Shown here piece by piece: positions 52,170 to 58,498 of a stretch of DNA of 58,498 nt (within the stretch, counting starts at the first letter, position 1; the number at the start of each line of letters is the position of its first letter). This stretch comes from Chiloscyllium plagiosum (Eukaryota). Location: positions 84,733,730 to 84,792,227 of the forward strand of contig NC_057718.1 of the NCBI RefSeq assembly GCF_004010195.1, in the 5' to 3' direction. Below the pieces are notes generated by a model that saw nothing but the letters and a program-made list of their open reading frames with translations, ran no database searches and was not told the origin of the DNA. The translations under genes were made by a program, and so were the position numbers.

Positions 52170-53327
52170 TGTTATGATCCCAGCAAATGTTACTACTGGA
52201 CATGTCAGGAACCTGGCTTGATGGATCCCATTTTTGTTTGTTTTGGTTTTAGGCAAATGGTCCCTGACAGTAACATAAACATGCAATGCTGCAGATTTTG
52301 TCTTGATAACAAATGAAAGTTTATTATAAAAAAAAGATAAAATGGAATAATCTAAACTACATATTCAAAAAACAAATGCAAACATTTTACAAGCTGTAAA
52401 AATATAATTCCATTAATCCGAAAGCGCCCCTATATAATTTGAAAAAAAGAAACAAAACCCCTTTTGTAAAATACCCAAAACACTCCAGTAAGTTCCTAAC
52501 AACACCACTTATATAATACTCTCACTGAAAACTGTGTATCTAACACCTTAGTATGTTTAAGTCACATGGCTTCAAGCTTTAGCATGGAAATGTAGATAGC
52601 TTCTTCCTGGAGTCAGCACACTCCTGAGGTTCTCTTTTAAGTAACCTTTTCAAGTTTTTATATTTCTGGTCTCGGATGAACACTAACTTTTCACTCCAAG
52701 GTAATCTAATTCACTAAATCTTTCATTCCCTCCTTGGGAGCACTGCTCTACACAACCATCCTATGCCAGTCATGATTTGGAGATGCCGGTGTTGGACTGG
52801 GGTGTACAAAGTTAAAAATCACACAACACCAGGTTATAGTCCAACAGGTTTAATTGGAAGCACTAGCTTTTGTAGCGCTGCTCTTCGCTCAGAAAGCTTG
52901 TGCTTCCAATGAAATCTGTTGGCCTATAATCTGGTGTTGTGTAGTTTTTAACTTAATCCTATGCCAGAGTCTTCACAGAATAACACTGTCCAATGTCAAA
53001 AGAGAAAGTAAAACGTTTCTCAGTTATGGGCATTTGCTTTAAGCTTATTTTTAAAAATCTAGATTCCAGAGCGCTCTGAAATCTTTTTGCCCTGTAATTT
53101 ACACCATACGAGATCACAAACAATCTAAACAAATGAAAAGTCCATTTGTGCACATAATCCATACAATCTACAGCCAGACTTTAGAAGAAATTGCCAAGGT
53201 TGCAAAAATACTTAAAAATAGTTATTAACTTTAGACAGACAGACCCACAAGTTACTAACTCAAAACCCGAAATTCAAGTTTACCAGAGTTAATGTTAAAA
53301 CTTGTTAGTCCCACATTTTACACCACA
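52170..53327. mobile_element. Probable solo LTR (about 1 kb)
   Basis: TG...CA termini; flanks gcaa/gtaa; cleanly interrupts the LINE. Confidence 0.6.
52770..52955. mobile_element. PLE-like family 2 inverted pair
   Basis: 12-bp TSD atcctatgccag (52758-52769, 52956-52967); two opposed arms of about 60 bp fused inside the ribozyme motif. Confidence 0.85.
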
Positions 53328-53734
53328 GTAAGAACACTATTAGTTGCATGTTCCCCTATTCATTACATAACAGCCTGACATGGAACAATATAGAGATCTG
53401 TGTTTGGAAATTTTGGAACTACCTTCCTAACAGCACTTCCTACACCATGGCAACTTCAGTGATTCAAGGAGACTGCATCTCCATCGCATTCTCTCGGACT
53501 ATCGGGGGCCTAGTTAGTGATGCCCACACCTCATGATAAATAAAAAATATAAAACTGTGGATACTAACCCTGCAGCAGAGGTTTGAGGTGATATTTATTA
53601 CAAATGAGCAAAATTTTGGTGGAACTTTGGAAAAAACATTGTTTCCACTGGCAGCAGTCTTGATAAATTATAGTTGTAGGTTTAAGGCACTATACGTGGC
53701 AAAAAGGGCTAGAAGGGAGATGTGTAATTTTATG

Positions 53735-53861
53735 TCGAGAGTGTAGTGCTGGAAAAGCACAGCAGGTCAAGCAGCATTGTAGGAGCAGGAGAATCGATGT
53801 TTCGGGCAAAAGTCCTTCATTAGGAATGAGGCCGGGAGCCTCGGGATCTTCACTTTTGCCT
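53735..53861 (-). mobile_element. PLE family 1 insert with mutated ribozyme core
   Basis: 15-bp TSD atgtgtaattttatg; minus strand CTAATGA-AGGAC-TTTT-GCCC-GAAACATC. Confidence 0.88.
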
Positions 53862-54139
53862 ATGTGTAATTTTATGCCATAGGCTGTATAGACTGCCAAG
53901 AAAGAGGGTGTCGTGGATTCAATAGTAACTTCCTGACAAACATGAGACACATACAATGTTTGAAAAAGTAACATATACTGTACAGTTGGCGAGAGGGAAC
54001 AGGAGACTAATTGGATAGTGCATTCACAATGATTTTGCTTTATGACTTAGCTTTGGCATGTCCCAGTTAAACATTCTTTCTCTAAAGTTATCTATGAAAA
54101 TTGTAAACACTGATAAGTGCTGGGTTTATGTTTAAAATT

Positions 54140-54269
54140 GAGGAGAAAGTGAGGTCTGCAGATGCTGGAGATCAGAGATGGAAATGTGTTGCTGGAAAAG
54201 CGCAGCAGGTCAGGCAGCATCTAGGGAACAGGAGAATCGACGTTTCGGGCATTAGCCCTTCTTCAGGAA
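54140..54269 (-). mobile_element. PLE family 1 insert adjacent to the NINL exon 5 acceptor
   Basis: 14-bp TSD ttatgtttaaaatt (54126-54139, 54270-54283). Confidence 0.92.
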
Positions 54270-54270
54270 T
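54234..54270 (-). ncRNA. Minimal type I hammerhead ribozyme motif
   Basis: CUGAAGA-A-GGGC(UAAU)GCCC-GAAA-CGUC, core 54239-54266. Confidence 0.7.
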
Positions 54271-54292
54271 TATGTTTAAAATTCCCTATTAG

Positions 54293-54483
54293 GTCAATTG
54301 AACAGATGGAATCCTGATGGTTTTGACAGTGCCAGGAGGACCTCCACTCCTTATTCTGAAGCTACAGAAAACCACGTTCAAGCCATCTGGGATGAATTGG
54401 GAGTAGGGAAGAACGGCTACCTCAGCAAGGAGGAATTGGCGACAGTCTGCAGCAACATTGGCCTAAAGGACCTCAAAGACAAA
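54293..54483 (+). CDS. NINL: NINL coding exon 5 (EF-hand-like); gene continues past the window
   Basis: GQLNRWNPDGFDS...IWDELGVGKNGYLSKEELATVCSNIGLKDLKDK; attag acceptor, GTATGT donor at 54484; 191 nt, phase 1 to 0. Confidence 0.93.
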
Positions 54484-55544
54484 GTATGTGTGTTAACTAA
54501 ACTTAATTTATCTTTACTGTAAATGTGTGTTGTTGACAAATCTTCCACACTATGTACATTAGGGACTTAGAATATTTTCTAACTATCTTCAATTTCCTTG
54601 AGTTGAGTGAGCCGAGAAATTATTCCCACAATCTAATAATAATTTCCTATATTCCTATATTGGTTAGATAATGTGTTCAGAGCTATTGATTTTTTTGTTG
54701 TTGATTTAGATATGGAGTGAAGGCTGCAGCTGTAATTCACTACACGAATAATCCACTGTCACAGGTTAATGTTCTGAATACAAGTTCAAGTTGCGCCATT
54801 ACAAATAGAAAATTTTGAATTCCGTTTTTAAAAATCTGCAGTTAAATGCCAGTTTGATAATCAATAATGGCACATAGTTGCTGTCATAAAAAAGCATCTA
54901 TTTCACAAGTGTCCTTTTGGGAGGAAGATTTGTTGTCCTCACCTGGTCTACGTGTACTCCAGATCTACAGTAATGTGGTTGACTCTTGTGTGCTGTCTGA
55001 AATGGCCTAGTAAGGTACTCAACCTGTACAAAATCTAAACAAAGGAATGAGACTGCACAGATCAGCCAGCACCCCTACCTAACAGCATTTTGGGTGTGGC
55101 TACACGCCAAAGACTGCAGTTTCAAGAAGGCAGCTCACCACCACCTTCCCTAGAATATTAAAGGATAGGCATTAAATGCTGAGCTAGCCAGCGGTGAATG
55201 AATACTATGAATGAATACTATGAATGAATAAAACAAAATAGCTCTGATCTCAGAAAATTATATGATTCATATAAATTTAATACTTTTGGGTGCTGATGTT
55301 TGATTTCCAGTTTAAATCTACAAGTTTGCCTACAACAGAATCGCAACCAAAATTGAATGGAAGCCAGCCATTGAATGCTGAAGTGTTAAAGCATAAGATA
55401 TTGGAGTAGAATTAGGCTATTCTGCTCATTGAGCCTCCTTCACCATCTGACCATGGCTGATATATTTCTCAACTCCATTTTCCTGCATCTTTCCATAACT
55501 CTTGATCCCCTTACTAATCAAGAATCTCTCTAATTCCAAAACAA

Positions 55545-55675
55545 AACAAACAACTGCAGTTGCTGGAAATCAGAATCAAAAACCAAAATAGTTGGACAAT
55601 CTCAGGAGGTCTGGCAGCACCTATGGAGAGAAAGCAGAGTTAATGTTTCTGGTCCAGTGACCCCCCCTTCAAACC
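55545..55675 (-). mobile_element. PLE-derived short element, family 3, decayed hammerhead motif
   Basis: Minus strand TTGAAGGGGGGGTC-ACTG-GACCAGAAACATTA. Confidence 0.55.
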
Positions 55676-55729
55676 TAATAGGGAATTTTAAACATAAACA
55701 GCACTATCTATATTATGAACATAGCTCTC

Positions 55730-56140
55730 TCTACCATGGTGCTAAGGTCAGTTTGCTTAACCTCTCTACAGTCTCTGTCATCCACCAGAGAGCAAGAATC
55801 TCAAACCTGTTAGACAAGCTCAAGGGCTGAGGGTCCAACACCACAACCTTCTGGATCCCTCTAGCTGCCTCCCTCATAGTCACACCCACCTGTCTCTGAC
55901 CACTGACTGAATTTGAGGTCGTTAATCTAAGGGATGTGACTGTCTCCTGAAGCACAGCGTCCAGGTAACTCTGCCCTTCCCTGATGTGTCACAGATTTTG
56001 AAGTTCAGATTCCAGCTGAACAATTGAGTCGGAGTCCCTTAAGGAATTAACAATTATTACAGATGTGGCCGCTACAAACCACAATTGGATTCACCAGCTC
56101 CCACATCATGCAGGTACAACACACCGCCTGGCCCTGCATT
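55730..56140 (-). mobile_element. CR1 ORF1 5' remnant
   Basis: QPLSLSNRFEILA motif typical of CR1 ORF1. Confidence 0.6.
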
Positions 56141-56218
56141 TCTATTTTATTTACTTAATTCTTAATTTTTAAAAGGTTTCCTGCTGTTATTTTAGTTTGT
56201 AACCTGTAAATACTTCCT

Positions 56219-56640
56219 ATTTTTTATTTCAAAAATATACTTTATTCATAAATTATTTTGATGATCTGTGCAATTGGTCATGCTGTACATGCATAAACTT
56301 TCCATTTCTTTGCATACAGAGATTGAGTAATCATTTGTATATACAGGTCTGTACATTTAGTATCCATATATTTAGGTGAGGCGTCAGTGGAGCCCACTTA
56401 CTGCGTGGGCCCCCTGTTCTTTGGCAGGCAGACGTTACACGGTGGTCTTTCCCCACCGCGCCTTGGTGACAGCTGCCCCAAGCTTCAGCACGTCCCTCAA
56501 CACGCAGTCCTGGACCTTGGAAAGTGCCAGTCCGCAACACTCAGTCGGGGTCAGCTCCTTCAGCTGGAAGATCAACAGGTTTTGAACAGACCAAAGAGTG
56601 TCTTTCACCAAGCTGATGATCCTCCAGGCACAGTTCAATC
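56219..56640 (-). mobile_element. Tx1/L1-clade 3' fragment
   Basis: NCAWRIISLVKDTLWSVQNLLIFQ...KARWGKTTV*; poly(A) end. Confidence 0.88.
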
Positions 56641-56749
56641 TGAAAGTAACCTATAATCGCTTAATTAGTCGCTATCACCAATTAATGAAGTTGCTGTTCT
56701 CCTGTGAGGTCACTTTTTTTTTTCTTTTGTGCTGGGTCCCTAATAGAAT

Positions 56750-57022
56750 CCCTACTGAAAGAGGCCATTTGACCCATAAGGTCTGTACTGACCCTCCGAA
56801 GAGCAATCCTCCCAGTCCTCACTCCCACCCTATCCTGCATTTGCCATTGCTAACACACCACGGGCAATTTAGCATGACCAATCTTCATAACCTGCACATC
56901 TTTGGACTGTGGGAGGAGACTGGAGCACTGAGCTGAAATCCGCGATGACATGGGAAAAACGTGCAAACTCCCTGCAGACAGTGACCAAGGCAGCGTGAGG
57001 CAGCAGTGCTAACCATTGGGCA
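56750..57022 (-). mobile_element. HE1-type V-SINE, degenerate
   Basis: Reverse complement of tggttagcactgctgcctcac and of the V domain. Confidence 0.8.
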
Positions 57023-57175
57023 TCCATTTATACCGTGAAAAAGATCTTACAAACTATGAACCGAAAAAAACAAGCAAAAAGCACCTCTTCCCCTCTGCAT
57101 TGAATTGCGTATTCCCATCAAATTCCTCAAACTATATACTCACTCTCACCTTTCTGACCGTGCATAGCTGTTAAT

Positions 57176-57609
57176 GTTATGATTTGGAGATCATGATTTA
57201 TGAGTTGGATTGGGGTGGACAAAGTTAAAAATCACACAACACCAGGTTATAGTCCAACAGGTTTATTTGGAAGCACTAACTTTCGGATCGTTGCTCCTTC
57301 ATCAGGTGGTTGTGGAATATAAGATTGTAAGAGACGGAATTTATAGCAAATGTTTACAGTGCGATGTAACTGAAATTGTATATTGAAAAAGACCTGTGTT
57401 TGTTAAGTCTCTCATCTTTTAGAATGAACAGAATGTTCAGATTGTTCTAATCTTAAAATACGAATTGAGAGATTCTTTCTTGGATTCATGCGGTTTTTGG
57501 GCAAAATAAAATGTAATTCTGCAAGTACAAATTCACCCCACAAACATATGTGCGTGTGCATGTGGGTGTGCTTTTGTGGGGAGTGGGGGTGTGGTTATGA
57601 GTGTCTGTG

Positions 57610-57653
<44 letters not shown>

Positions 57654-57659
57654 AGTGTA
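57176..57659 (-). mobile_element. PLE-like family 2 element with near-complete hammerhead motif and (GT)n tract
   Basis: Minus strand CAC-CTGATGA-A-GGAGCAACGATCC-GAAA-GTTA-GTG (core 57277-57305); (GT)n at about 57613-57645. Confidence 0.75.
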
Positions 57660-58498
57660 TTTTTTTTATTTCAAAAATATACTTTATTCATAAGATAATT
57701 TGATGGTCTGTACAATTGGTCATGCCATACATATGTAAACATGTACATACAGAGATTAGAATTTATCATTTTTATACAGGTCTGTACATTTTTCAATCAT
57801 ATGCCCATATGATTAGCTGAGGCGTCAGCAGAGCCCAAATGACTGCATGGGCCCCCTGTTCTTCGTTAGGCAGGCAGATGTTACACAGTGGTCTTTCCCC
57901 ACCGCGCCTTGGCGGCAGCTGCCCCAAGCTTCAGCGCGTCCCTCAATACGTAGTCCTGGACCTTGGAATGTGCCAGTCTGCAGCACTCAGTCGGGGTCAA
58001 CTCCTTCAGCTGGAAGATCAGCAGATTTCGGACCGCCCAGAGAGCGTCCTTCACCGAGTAGTTGATCCTCCAGGCACAGTTGATGTTCGTCTCGGTGTGC
58101 GTCCCGGGGAACAGACCGTAGAGCACGGAGTCCCGCGTCACGGCGCTGCTCGGGACGAACCTCGACAAACACCACTGCATTCTTCTCCAGACTTCCTCTG
58201 CGTAGGCACATTCCAGAAGGAGGTGTGTGACAGTCTCGTTCCCCCCCCCGCAGCCGCTTCGAGGGGGCAGCGTGCGGTGCAGCTGAGAGTCCGGGCGTGC
58301 ATAAAGGATCTCACAGGCAGAGCACTTCTCACCACCAGCCAAGCCATGTCTTGGTGCTTGTTGGAAAGTTCTGGCGATGAGGCATTCTGCCAAATGGCTT
58401 TGACAGTCTGCTCAGGGAACCGCTCGACAGGATCCACCCTCTCCTTTTCCCGAAGGGTCTCAAAGACACTACGTGCTGACCACTTCCTGATGGACGTG
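57660..58498 (-). mobile_element. Tx1/L1-clade retrotransposon ORF2 C-terminus (zinc finger), young, runs off the window
   Basis: CPRSGCGGGNETVTHLLLEC...WAVRNLLIFQ; CpG-rich; AATAAA and poly(A) end. Confidence 0.9.

Larger units (their letters stand above)
51735..53545 (+). mobile_element. LINE 3' part (same family as 48150-50830) split by a solo LTR
   Basis: gaccagaaactgacctggac...catctacaaggcacaagtc; sequence continues after 53327. Confidence 0.7.

Noticed and set aside
57613..57660. Tx1 element targeting a (GT)n microsatellite
   Set aside because: The sister copy at 56219 has no such flank, and the tract seems to belong to the family 2 element

Overview
Vertebrate genomic DNA, very likely from a cartilaginous fish (HE1-type V-SINEs, HER1-like CR1 LINEs; the species is an inference). 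The window holds the 5' part of a ninein-like gene (NINL) on the + strand: five coding exons (17839-18021, 21605-21701, 40612-40817, 44359-44425, 54293-54483) with GT-AG boundaries that splice in frame into the N-terminal EF-hand region. Almost everything else is decayed repeat: a full-length Tigger/pogo transposon, two related Gypsy (Mag-like) LTR elements facing each other, solo LTRs, CR1, RTE, Rex1/Babar and Tx1 LINE pieces, and several SINE families. The most interesting signal is about a dozen short Penelope-like-element (PLE) derived inserts, most with 8-15 bp target-site duplications. They fall into three families and carry minimal type I hammerhead-ribozyme motifs, three of which have complete cores. 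One insert sits in the 3' splice site of a NINL exon. Also noted: an overlapping upstream ORF in NINL, a possible divergent spliced transcript, and a 105-bp intronic segment duplicated in two introns. No CRISPR, rRNA or tRNA genes were seen. Repeat boundaries are approximate unless a TSD or TIR is quoted.
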